From Vicugna vicugna (taxonomy: Eukaryota): 64,000 bases of DNA. The DNA is taken from contig MU058844.1 in the NCBI GenBank assembly GCA_013265495.1, positions 4,579,535 through 4,643,534 on the forward strand, read 5' to 3'. This document shows, in pieces, positions 13,504-24,704 of this stretch (within the stretch, counting starts at the first letter, position 1; the number at the start of each line of letters is the position of its first letter). The notes beneath the pieces are model-generated. The model was not told where the DNA came from and did not search any database. It saw only the letters and a list, made by a program, of their open reading frames with translations. The position numbers and the translations under genes are program-made.

Positions 13504-13849
13504 AGAAATGTTAATTTTAAAATATAAATAGCAATATTTATTTGGGTCAAAATAAAATTAAATTTTAATTTTTATAGTTCCATATTATAAGAAATGCATT
13601 TTCAAGTGTTCAAAATCTATTATTATTTTTGTTGTTAAGATATTTTCTTCAACTTTACTTGCTTTCTTTTCTTTCTATCAATTATAAAACCTCCACTTTG
13701 AAAAAACTTTATTAAAAAACCAAACCTGGTGATATATGAGGAACATGACAAAAATCTCTTTCATTATCATTGTAGAAAAAAAAATAGCAGTCAAATCAAA
13801 GATCAACTTGGAGCTGTTTTAGGATGTTTAGACGTAGAGAAATATTGAT

Positions 13850-13967
13850 TAACCATCCACATTTTAATCAATAACTTGGAGGATGACAGAGAAACCATGC
13901 TACTAAAGTTTGTTACTGACGAAATGCTAGGTGAGATAACTAATATGATGGGTGATAAAAGTAACAT
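13850..13967 (+). mobile_element. L3/CR1 LINE relic, left part (RT region)
   Basis: acattttaatcaataacttggaggatgacagagaaaccatgctactaaagtttgttactgacgaaatgctaggtgagataactaat resembles the CR1/L3 FINDL...KFADD region; continues at ~16729. Confidence 0.65.
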
Positions 13968-13981
13968 ATAAAATAATCTCA

Positions 13982-16410
13982 ACAACACATAAAAAAGATT
14001 ATACATCATGACCAAGTGGGGTTCATCCCAGGGACACAAGGCTGGTTCAACATATGCAAATCAATCAATGTAATACATCACATCAACAAGAGAAAGGACA
14101 ACAACCACATGATCATCTCAATCAATGCAGAAAAAGCATTTGATAAAATTCAACACCCATTTATGATAAAAACTCTCGCCAAAGTGGGTATAGAGGGAAC
14201 ATATCTCAACATAATAAAAGCTATATATGACAAACCTACAGCCAGCATAGTTCTCAACGGTGAAAAACTCAAAAGCTTCCCACTAAAATCTGGGACAAGA
14301 CAAGGATGCCCACTATCACCACTCCTATTCAACATAGTCCTGGAAGTCCTAGCCACAGCAATCAGGCAAGAGAAAGAAATAAAAGGGATCCAAATTGGAA
14401 AAGAAGAGGTAAAAGTGTCATTATATGCTGATGACATGTTACTATATATAGAAAACCCTAAAAGGTCCACAAAAAAGCTACTAGAGCTGATCGAAGAATT
14501 CAGCAAGGTAGCAGGTTACAAAATTAATGTTCAAAAATCAGTTGCCTTTCTTTACACTAACGATAAATCAACAGAAAAAGAAAGTAAAGAAACAATCCCC
14601 TTTAAAATAGCACCCAAAGTAATAAAATATCTGGGAATAAATCTAACCAAGGAGGTGAAAGAATTATACACAGAAAACTATAAACCATTGATGAAGGAAA
14701 TTAAAGAAGACTTTAAAAAATGGAAAGATATTCCATGCTCTTGGATTGGAAGAATCAATATTGTTAAAATGGTCACACTGCCCAAGGCAATCTACAGATT
14801 TAATGCAATCCCTATCCAATTACCCAGGACATATTTCACAGAACTAGAACAAATCATAATAAAATTTATATGGAACCATCAAAGACCTAGAATTGCTAAA
14901 GCATTACTGAAGAGAAAGAAAGAGGCTGGAGGAATAACTCTCCCAGACTTCAGACAATACTATAGAGCTACAGTCATCAAGACAGCATGGTATTGGTACC
15001 AAAACAGACATATAGACCAATGGAACAGAATAGAGAGCCCAGAAATGAACCCACAAACTTTTGGTCAACTCATCTTCGACAAAGGAGGCAAGAATATACA
15101 ATGGAATAAAGACAGTCTCTTCAGCAAATGGTGTTGGGAAAACTGGACAGCAGCATGTAAAACAATGAAGCTAGAACACACCCTTACACCATATACAAAA
15201 ATCAACTCAAAATGGATTAAAGACTTAAACATAAGACAAGATACAATAAACCTCCTAGAGGAAAACATAGGCAAAACATTATCTGACATACATTTCAAAA
15301 ATTTTCTCCTAGAAGAAATAAAAGCAAGAATAAACAAATGGGACCTAATGAAACTTACAAGCTTCTGCAGAGCAAAGGAAACCAGAAATAAAACAAGAAG
15401 AAAACCTACGGAATGGGAGAAAATTTTTGCAAGTGAAACCGACAAAGGCTTGATCTCCAAAATATATAAGCAGCTCATACGACTCAATAAGAAAAAAATA
15501 AACAACCCAATCCAAAAATGGGCAGAAGACCTAAACAAGCAATTCTCCAAGGAAGACATACAAATGATCAAAAAGCACATGAAAAAATGTTCAATATCAC
15601 TAATTATCAGAGAAATGCAAATCAAAACTACAATGAGGTATCACCTCACACCAGTCAGAATGGCCGTCATTCAAAAATCCAAAAATGACAAATGCTGGAG
15701 AGGCTGTGGAGAAAGGGAAACCCTAGTACACTGCTGGTGGAAATGCAGTTTGGTGCAGCCACTATGGAAAACAGTATGGGGATTCCTCAAAAGACTAGGA
15801 ATAGACTTACCATATGACCCAGGAATCCCACTCCTGGGCTTGTACCCAGAAGGAAATCTACTCCAGGATGACACCTGCACTCCAATGTTCATAGCAGCAC
15901 TATTTACAATAGCCAAAACATGGAAACAGCCTAAATGTCCATCAATAGGTGACTGGATAAAGAAGATGTGGTATATTTATACAATGGAATACTCCTCAGC
16001 CATAAAAACCGACAACATAACGCCATTTGCAGCAACATGGATGCTCCTAGAGAATGTCATTCTAAGTGAAGTAAGCCAGAAAGAGAAAGAAAAATACCAT
16101 ATGAGATCACTCATATGTGGAATCTAAAGACTCATGGACAGAGAATACAGACTTGTGGTTAACAGGGGGGAGGGTAGTGGGTGGGAAGGGATAGACTGGG
16201 ATTTCAAAATTGTAGAATAGATAAACAAGATTACACTGTATAGCACAGGGAAATATACACAAAATGTTATGATAAATCACAGAGAAAAAAATGTGACAAT
16301 GAGTGTGTATATGTCCATGAATGACTGAAAAATTGTGCTGAACACTGGAATTTGACACAACATTGTAAAATGATTATAAATCAATAAAAAATGTTAAAAA
16401 AATAAAAAAA
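13982..16410 (+). mobile_element. Young 5'-truncated LINE-1 (~2.4 kb) with perfect 14-bp TSD
   Basis: Uninterrupted ORF2 3' part, 3' UTR, aataaa at 16383, A-rich tail; TSD ataaaataatctca at 13968-13981 and 16411-16424. Confidence 0.97.
14016..16127 (+). CDS. LINE-1 ORF2p fragment: most of the reverse transcriptase plus C-terminal domain; no endonuclease domain
   Basis: 703-aa open frame containing [24 protein letters not shown] and the CCHC motif [18 protein letters not shown]; the N-terminus is an artefact of 5' truncation, expression not supported. Confidence 0.9.
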   Translation: MGFIPGTQGWFNICKSINVIHHINKRKDNNHMIISINAEKAFDKIQHPFMIKTLAKVGIEGTYLNIIKAIYDKPTASIVLNGEKLKSFPLKSGTRQGCPLSPLLFNIVLEVLATAIRQEKEIKGIQIGKEEVKVSLYADDMLLYIENPKRSTKKLLELIEEFSKVAGYKINVQKSVAFLYTNDKSTEKESKETIPFKIAPKVIKYLGINLTKEVKELYTENYKPLMKEIKEDFKKWKDIPCSWIGRINIVKMVTLPKAIYRFNAIPIQLPRTYFTELEQIIIKFIWNHQRPRIAKALLKRKKEAGGITLPDFRQYYRATVIKTAWYWYQNRHIDQWNRIESPEMNPQTFGQLIFDKGGKNIQWNKDSLFSKWCWENWTAACKTMKLEHTLTPYTKINSKWIKDLNIRQDTINLLEENIGKTLSDIHFKNFLLEEIKARINKWDLMKLTSFCRAKETRNKTRRKPTEWEKIFASETDKGLISKIYKQLIRLNKKKINNPIQKWAEDLNKQFSKEDIQMIKKHMKKCSISLIIREMQIKTTMRYHLTPVRMAVIQKSKNDKCWRGCGERETLVHCWWKCSLVQPLWKTVWGFLKRLGIDLPYDPGIPLLGLYPEGNLLQDDTCTPMFIAALFTIAKTWKQPKCPSIGDWIKKMWYIYTMEYSSAIKTDNITPFAATWMLLENVILSEVSQKEKEKYHMRSLICGI

Positions 16411-16428
16411 ATAAAATAATCTCAGTAG

Positions 16429-16712
16429 AAATGGGTGAAGGTGGTCAAACTTTCAGTACAAGATAAATAAATCCTGGGGATGTAATGTACAGCATGGTGA
16501 CTATAATTAGCAATACTTTACTATAAATTTGAAAGTTATTAACAGAGTAGATCTTAAAAGTTTTCATCACAAGAAAAAAAATGTGTAACCATGTATGATG
16601 ATGAATGTTAACTAAACTTATTATGGTAATCATTTTGCCATATATACACATATAAAATCATAATGTTGTACCATTAAAACTAATATAATTTATGTCAATT
16701 ATATGTCAAAAA
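16429..16712 (+). mobile_element. Older L1 3' end (L1MA9/L1MA10-like)
   Basis: aaatgggtgaaggtggtcaaa...ggggatgtaatgtacagcatggtgactata...agagtagatcttaaaag...aaactaatataat...A-tail; diverged TSD aaaataatctcagtag / aaaatgatctcaatag. Confidence 0.85.
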
Positions 16713-16728
16713 AAAATGATCTCAATAG

Positions 16729-17180
16729 TTTAGAATACAGGCTGAGATGAGTAGGATGCAATTTAATGGGATGAAGGTAAACGTCAGTATTTTGGTATAG
16801 TATGAATTGTCATTCTATAGAATGAACCGTAGCAGCAGTACGGTGACTGCGAGTTTTAATTCAATATAACCTGAATTTGAGCCAATGATATTTTGTTGGC
16901 AAAAGCTTTTTAAGAATTAGTCTGTTCTTAGTTTGGACTAGTTGAAATGCAAGGAATATATCATAAGAAGTACGTATCTGATTATTCTCTGTGCTAGACA
17001 AGACTCTTGGCATTATTGTATTCAGTTTTTAATCATATTTGAAGAGACTTACAACTGGAATTTGTCAAATAGACAGCCATTTGGATTGTGAAGTTGGTGA
17101 GGTCTGGAAACCATATCATGGAAAGAAGTACTGAAAGCCTCTAGAATTATGAGTGTGAAGAACAAAAGACTGAAGGCAAT
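16729..17180 (+). mobile_element. L3/CR1 LINE relic, right part
   Basis: gatgcaatttaatgggatgaagg...ttattgtattcagtt...ggtctggaaaccatatcatgg...gaagaacaaaagactgaagg match L3/CR1 ORF2 downstream of the RT core. Confidence 0.65.
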
Positions 17181-17264
17181 TTCTCTTCTAGGAAGTCTTG
17201 CATGATTTCTGTGTTTGCCCAAGATCCCCTCTTCTTTGCCTGTCCCACAAACTGTAAGTTCATT

Positions 17265-17760
17265 AACTCACTCCACTAAGAATTGTGTGGGATGCCTGCT
17301 ATATGCCATGTGCTGTTCTACACTGTGAGGCACATAGTGATGAAGAAAACAGATAAGATTCCTGTGGGTGTCACCGACAACAAATAAGTACACACATTAG
17401 GGATAAGAAAGTAAAACGGGGCATGGTAATAAAGCATAATTAAAGAGGGGGTGCTTTTTTATATCTTGGTTATGGAAGGCCCCACTGAGGAGGTAACATT
17501 TGACGTGAAATGAATTACAGGATGAAATCAGCCAAGACCTAAGATTGGCATCTTCCTTGCAGAGGGATTAGTGAAGGCAAAGGTCTTCTGTTGTAAGGAT
17601 GAGCTTGGCTCATAGCAGGAGCAAGGAATAGAATGGCAGGAGATGAAACTGAAAATATAAGTAGGGATATTTCTTGTAAAAAGTTTAAACTGTGGTAATG
17701 AGTGCATGAGACGTTTATAGGAGGTCTGAACTGGGGAATTCCATGATTAGATCTGTAGCT
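17265..17760 (-). mobile_element. L2 LINE fragment
   Basis: ttcattaactcactcc...atgcctgctatatgccatgtgctgttcta...gaaggccccactgaggaggtaacatttga. Confidence 0.7.
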
Positions 17761-20700
17761 ATGAGGAGACTATGAGGTGTATTGATTGTAGAGAAAAGAA
17801 TGGAAGAAAGGAAACACTTAGGAAGCACTTTATTTGTAGCACTTTCCATGTTATAGAAATGTTATTTGCTTATTATACATACTCATTTCCCTCTAAACTG
17901 CAGCTTCCTCAAGAACAAGAATCATACCTTATTTATTTTTGTGTCCAGCACCTAGAAAAATATCTGGAACCCAAGAAATACTCAATAAATTCTTTCTTAC
18001 ATGAATCTCTGCATTTGTCCAAGGGTCTCTCTTAAGGTTTTAATTTTATTCTGCCTGTTCTCTTAAATGGAATAAATAATATTTGGAAACTAATAATGTC
18101 TATTTCTGTCACTAGGAATGGAATCAAAGAAAGCTGGTTCATAATAACACTAGAATGAAGCAGACACGTAGAGTGAAGCAAAGAACAAGGTGTTTGTCCC
18201 TTATGTTACTGCATTAGCTTGTTCCAGCTTATTCCTGATTGTATTATGACTTTCAGTGTCAAGAGACCATACCTGAATCTTTATAATAAACTAGTTCTCA
18301 TACTTTTATGTTCCATTAACTGGTATTAATTTCTGTTACTTGCAAAGGAAAGAGTCCTAGGATTAACTCTCAATTTTTACTCACTTATTGAATGATTTGG
18401 GGCAAGCGATTTAACTTCTTTTAGTTTCCTATTTCCTTAAAACATGTTTGATAAAATTGTAATACCTGATGATAATACAAATTCAGATAAAGCAATTAGC
18501 ACTGAGTTTTTATGTCTAGCTTCTAGGAATCATACTATGTGTGGAGAGTAGCCATGATGAGATCTGAATGGGAGCAAAAGGCCAGACAAGTGAATGGCAC
18601 GCTAGCCCATTTGGGGAAGAGGGAAGAACGAGAGTGAGTTCCCAAGTCCCTAGCACTTTCTTAGCCCAGTCACTTCATATCTGTCTGACCAAATGGGCTT
18701 TGAAAGATTCTGGAAACCACTGCCTATGACCTGGAAGTCCAAACCATCATTGTCACACATGGAAATATGTAAGCCGGAGTTGACAACTGTCATCAGGTGA
18801 TACACAGCTACAGTTGGGACCAGGTTGGATGCATTTTTCACCTCACTCTTCACCCCACCAATATCTTGTCCAGGCTCAACCCAGTCATTTAGTTACACTT
18901 GTAGTAACATTACTTCATATATTATACAGTTGAAACTGTTATACATCACTTATTACATTATGGTGGGGTTTTGCTATAATAAAATCTATCAATAATTTAT
19001 TAAGAAAATTAAATGAGACTGTATATACAAAGTTCTTGGAGTGCGTCATTACATACCCAGTAAGTGTGAAACCAGTATCAATCATTGTTATTATTATAAT
19101 CCTCAAAATTACAGTTACTACAGTTGGAAGATAAACATATAAAGGGGTTGAAATTCAACATGGTTAATTCTAACATTTCTTTTATATTTGGAGAATAGAA
19201 TCAATACAAGTAATTCTATTGGTTGAAGTAATAATCTGTGAATCTCACTTGTGTAAATCACTTATTCCTCCTCTATTCAGACTAATTGTGAGTTGGATGC
19301 ATATTTAATATTTTCAAAAGGGGAACTGGCAGTGAGTTTGCTCTGTTGGCATTTTTGCTCATACATATTCTCTATCTATGCCTAGAGACAGTATTATTTT
19401 TGCCTTCCTGTCATCACACTCATCTCTTTTATAAGAGCAAACATTTCAAAATACGAACATTTGGGATTTAGTTTATTCATTTTAAAGCACTCATCTTTTT
19501 TAACTTGTATTCATTTCCATTGAAATATGAAGTCTGTAGATTCTATGCTACTTAGGATTTGTAAAACAATTATTACAAGTCTGATTTTATAAAGTATCTG
19601 AAGCTTTCAGAGTAATTAATTATTGATAACCCAGATGAATCAACCTATCAGGTCATAATAAATATTTAATATTTTCTTGGAATGAAGTGATGCATTTCAT
19701 GAAGTTTTTTTTAAATATCTTATCCTTTTCTGTGTTTAAATTTCTAGTGTCCTGTATTGCAATTAGATATAATCCACTTCTAGTAAATAGACTTTTTTGG
19801 TCCTTATGTTTAATGTTATTTTAAATAAACTATAAATATAATATAGTTAATAACCATATATTTTTTCATTCAAATGTAGATGACTTTTAATTTATCTCTG
19901 GGATTGTTTGGGGTTTGATATTCTTTATTAACAAGCAAAAAATTTCCTTTTTTCCCACAAAAACAGGATTGAATATTTTCACTGTTCTGACTAGGTATGT
20001 TGATCAGTACAAAGTTACTTTTCAAAAGTTGTTTGGTTCAGATTAGTATTTATAAAGAATTTGTTAAACTCAAACTACAAATGCTGTTACCTGTCTCCAT
20101 GGGATCAATGGTATCCATAAACAAACTGCTATTTCATCATAAAAAATATCAAACTACTCAACAACATAAGCTTTTACCACAGCAGCTGCATTCAAACAAT
20201 GAAATACTTAGAGTAATATTCTCTTTGTGTAAACGTGTTCCAGAGTCTTTGCAGAATACAGTTGTGTTAGCAGCATGATCCATTCATTCATTCATTCATC
20301 AACAATTAAACATGTACAAATACTCTGTGCACTCCCGCAGATTCTGAGGATGTAACAGTGAGAAGGACAGACATGGTTTCTACCTCTGAGTGTGTAGTAT
20401 TAGAGATAAACACAAAGCCAGTTACACAAAGGTGCTGCGGTAATGGAAACACCCCGAACTGACGTATATCCAGTGAATATAACTAACCCTGTGTGTATGA
20501 GTGTACATGTCGGGGTAGGAAGTGAGTAGAAATTTGCAAGGTGAAGTTGGGGGAAAATAGTTGAAACAGAAGGAAGGATCCACGAAAACAGTCAGGGTTT
20601 TGAAAAAGGTAATTAGTAACAAAGGGAGGAGGGCATAATATAACAAACAATATTGTTGTTTTAAATAAACATTAGTGACTAAGTAAACAAATGAAATAGG

Positions 20701-20869
20701 TAAGGGTGTGAGAGTAAGTGGAGAATTAAGAAATAGGGGAAGATGAAAAGAATAAAAAAAGGAAGAGGAAGAAAACTCAAAATATAATATTAAAAATTAG
20801 AACATTTATGAATTTAATGTTTAAAAAGTAAGTGTGATAATGAATGGCAGGGATTGGTTAATGTGTTTC

Positions 20870-21110
20870 TATGGGTGCTGTTTAATATTATTTCAAAAAT
20901 ATTTTCATTGCAGTATAGATTTGGGAAAAATTGGGCAAATTAATTTATCACAGGACTCTCTAGAGCCTGCAATAGTCTAATGTACCCTGTGATTTTTCCG
21001 GTAAGCAATATTACTGTGAAGCTTTCCCCCGTATTTTTTGACCATGATATTTTTTTCTTACTAGAACTATTTCCAGGGATTAAGCTTCTGAGAAGCACAA
21101 TAGGAAATAT
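20870..21110. mobile_element. hAT-Charlie DNA transposon relic (MER112/MER113-like)
   Basis: caggactctctagagcctgcaatagtctaatg...tttgaccatg...gaagcacaataggaaat; recalled similarity only. Confidence 0.5.
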
Positions 21111-23071
21111 CATATTAAGAGATATATCCAAAAAAAAAATGGAAGGGAGATGGGGAATAAACCAACCTTAACTTGTTTTCCTGAATTTGACATCAGGTCT
21201 CCCTGGGAAAACCCCTTTCAAGTCTCAGTTATATTTCTTCCTGCCCAGTACTCGGCCTGCCATAATCTCCTTATTTCTCAAGCATAAATCCCATGGCATC
21301 CTGTATGTATGTATGTTTGTGTCTGTATAGATGTATGCATATGTACATGTGTGGGTACATACACATATACACTCATATATTATGCCTGCATCTTTGGTTC
21401 TCCTTAAAAATCAGTTTTCTGGCTTCAGAGGGAAATGGTACACACTGATCAAAGATATTCAGCAATTATGTTAAGAGTAGTGTATACACAAAAAAAGTTG
21501 TAATAGAGATTTATGATGTAAAGTAAATATGAAAAATATAATAGGAAAAAAGGTAAAAATGTGGAAAATGCTATAGAAATATTCCCCCAGTCTTCAAACA
21601 TATTACAGCACAGAAACTCTTAAGGCATCCCTAACCAGGGTGTTTATGGATGCCATATGGAAATATTTCCTCTGCAGTGTGCCTGCATTGCTATTTAAAT
21701 GGAGAATAAATGTTATGTTAGCAATATTTTTCTATAGCCTAGAATTGTTATTTTTTAAATTTTTTTCTCCATTGCATCTGGATTGTAAATAAAAGATAAA
21801 ATTCAGCTAGAGAAGTAGTTATTTATGTAATCTTATGCAATAATATGATTTAAAAGGAAACTTACAATTTTATTCTTGAAAGAATAAGCAATTATTTTCT
21901 TTTAAAAAAATAATAACTTCAATTGGTAGATAAGTATGCACTTCAACAACAATAAAAAAAATTTTTATGGACTGTTATTCTGTAACTTTAAGACAATGCT
22001 GCACATAACAATGAACCTTATACATTAAAGTGCTAATTCAAATAGGAAAATTCAGTAACTTTGGAATTTCTAAAGCTATTACTCCTGGATGTCTATCCAA
22101 AGGATTTTGATAATGCACCAATTCCTTTTCATGATTTTTATCTACCAAATAAGAGTAAAGATGAAAATCATCTTACCATTGTTAACTTTTCATATTAGAA
22201 AGCACTGTCTATTATAAAGCATACTTCTCAGTCATAGGAAAATTGGAAAACAGAAAATTACAGAAAGAATATTAAAACTGCAGATATTCAAGCACCCAGT
22301 GTTAACCACTCTTAAACATTTACCATATTTTTCTGCACATGGATTTTGTCTGCACATCTCTATTTATATGTTACATATACCCACAGTTTTACTTTCAACA
22401 TAGCATCACACTGTATATATTTCAAGCCATATATTGTTGTTTTTTCCCCACCCCACCTGCACTCTAGGCAGATTCTCATGTCTACTTAGACATAAGTCCT
22501 GTAGTGTATTACATCGTATCCACAGCTTGCTTCCTTCCTGAGCTCTGGCAGCCTCATCATGTTGTCTGTTATTATCACTTCTCCCAGATACTGTTATTGC
22601 ATACTGAACTGTGTGTCTACAACAAACCCTACTCTCTCCCCTATGGGGCCCCAGCAGAGCTGATTTCTGTGGAACTCCTGAAGCCTGAACATCCTTTTGT
22701 ACTTTGAGCAGGAGGGAAGAGAAGACCTTTCTTTCTCTAAATCCCTAAAATTATGTTTCCCTCAGTGTGTTTAAGCTGTGAGGTTTGGGCTCCAATATTG
22801 TTCAGATTTTTTTCTCTTTTAGAAAAGAACTGTTTTAGTCTTTACTTATAGTTGTAACTTCATTCCTCCATGAAATGAGGGGGTAGGGCAGGAGACACAC
22901 CTACATGACAACTGTCACTGTGTGTTGAGAAAATACTCTTCTGTCACAGCACTTAAACTTTGTGATTTGGCCATGCTTATGACTTTCTGGTGCAGCAGTA
23001 TACTATCCCTTGTCAGTTCTGCACCTCCAGGGTACAGAATATCATGTTTGGCAGACGATAAGTCCTGAAAA

Positions 23072-23094
23072 TGTGTGTGTGTGTGTTTGTGTGT
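23072..23094 (+). repeat. (TG)n microsatellite, interrupted
   Basis: tgtgtgtgtgtgtgtttgtgtgt seen directly. Confidence 0.9.
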
Positions 23095-24704
23095 AGGGAA
23101 GAAGTAGCATTTGTGCACATGTATGTGTATGTGATGAGAGGTAGCCATTTTTCCCTGAATAAATACTTATTATATTGGTAAAAAATGCAAAGAGAAATAT
23201 ATATTCTGCTTTAGTATGAAGAAGGATTCATTTTTGCTAAATATTGTACTATATTTTCCCCAAGTACTTCTCATATATATATATATTAAGACACTAAGGC
23301 ACTCATATCATGGAAAGAAACCAGGTTCCCATCGGTTATCTGGAAACATAAAACTATACTACAGTGCAGGTGCAAAGCTATGCTGTAGGAAACTTTATAT
23401 AATAAGGATGCAGAGCTCCTGCTCAGAGTTTATTACTGTTAGAAAAATCCCCAAAGAGGCTTTCAGTAGTGTTACCCCATTCATCCTTTGTCTGAGACTT
23501 TAGGAAAGGGAAAATCTATTGAAACCTTAGAAAATGGCTAATTTCATGGAAGACAGAAACACAGTTCTCAGGAGAACTCCCAGTTTCACTGAAATTTCTG
23601 GTTCTTTTCAATTGACTTGCATCATTTTCTGTCCAAAAAATCACATTTCACAGAGATTTTGGACATTCTTTTAATGATTTTGGGATGCACCCTGGGCCCC
23701 AACTCATTAAACAGTCCTGTCAACTTTCATCAAATAACTTTCTAGTCCCTGCCTAGTAAGTGATGTAAAGTTCTAGAACTACTGCCCTTTTTCAGGGGTA
23801 CAAATGAAATATGCCTGTTTTCATCCCCAGAGCCTCGCCAACCAGGAAATTCCAAGATGCCAAAGCCTGCTGCTCATTGTTTAAAAAATGCAAACAATTT
23901 TCTTTAAATTACAGACACTGGTAAACTTATTATCTACCATATTTTGAAATTTCCTAAAAGCCACCATGTAAGCCTAGATGCAGATTTGGCCATTAGACAC
24001 GATAACATTAAGTAAAAGATATAATTTACATTTATAATATATAGTTTTACATGAATAAATCCAAGTTATAGTTCTTCTACATATTTATTTCTAATCTGTC
24101 AGGTATTCGTATTTCTGAGTTAAATGTCACTAAAAATGTTTCAGTTAATTTCTCATGTTATTTCAAATATTTAATAAAAAGAAAATATAAAATAAAAATT
24201 TTAAATGCAGTAATTTTCAATTATTCTTAAATAATTAAACAGTCTCAAAACACTGCTGAGGGTAATTTTTAATCAATATAAAGTCCTTGTTACTGAATTC
24301 ATACTAGCTAAGGATGCACAACGTTCACTTAAGCTGTTCAATTATGCAGTGGACACCCCAGAATCATTAGACATCCTTCTCATCAAGTTATCTTTTCCAA
24401 AGAGCAACTGATTTTTGCTCCCTGTTATAATCTTTCAATTATCTGTAGGTGAATCTAAAACTCAGCTTTTTGAGGTCAATCTTGTCAGTCGTGGTTTTTT
24501 TTGTAAACATTAATAAATATATGGAACATATATTGTTGTCTAAGTTCAAAAAAAAGAACATCAATGGAGAATCCTTAACTCCAAGAGACTACTGGATACA
24601 AGGTCAATTAAAGAAAGAAGTGCTCTTCCTTTGATTCTGGGATCATGAATGAATTGGCACTACACAGTGCTCTACTTACATGCACCATTCCAGGATACCA
24701 GAAA

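Noticed and set aside
14150..15916. Antisense ORFs of 118, 65, 186 and 81 aa
   Set aside because: These are the usual shadow frames on the reverse strand of L1 ORF2; there is no independent coding evidence.
14016..16127. 703-aa reverse transcriptase ORF as a novel RT system or domesticated gene
   Set aside because: It is ordinary L1 ORF2, truncated at the insertion junction, with 3' UTR, poly-A and TSD; the GTG start is internal and there is no promoter, ORF1 or endonuclease.
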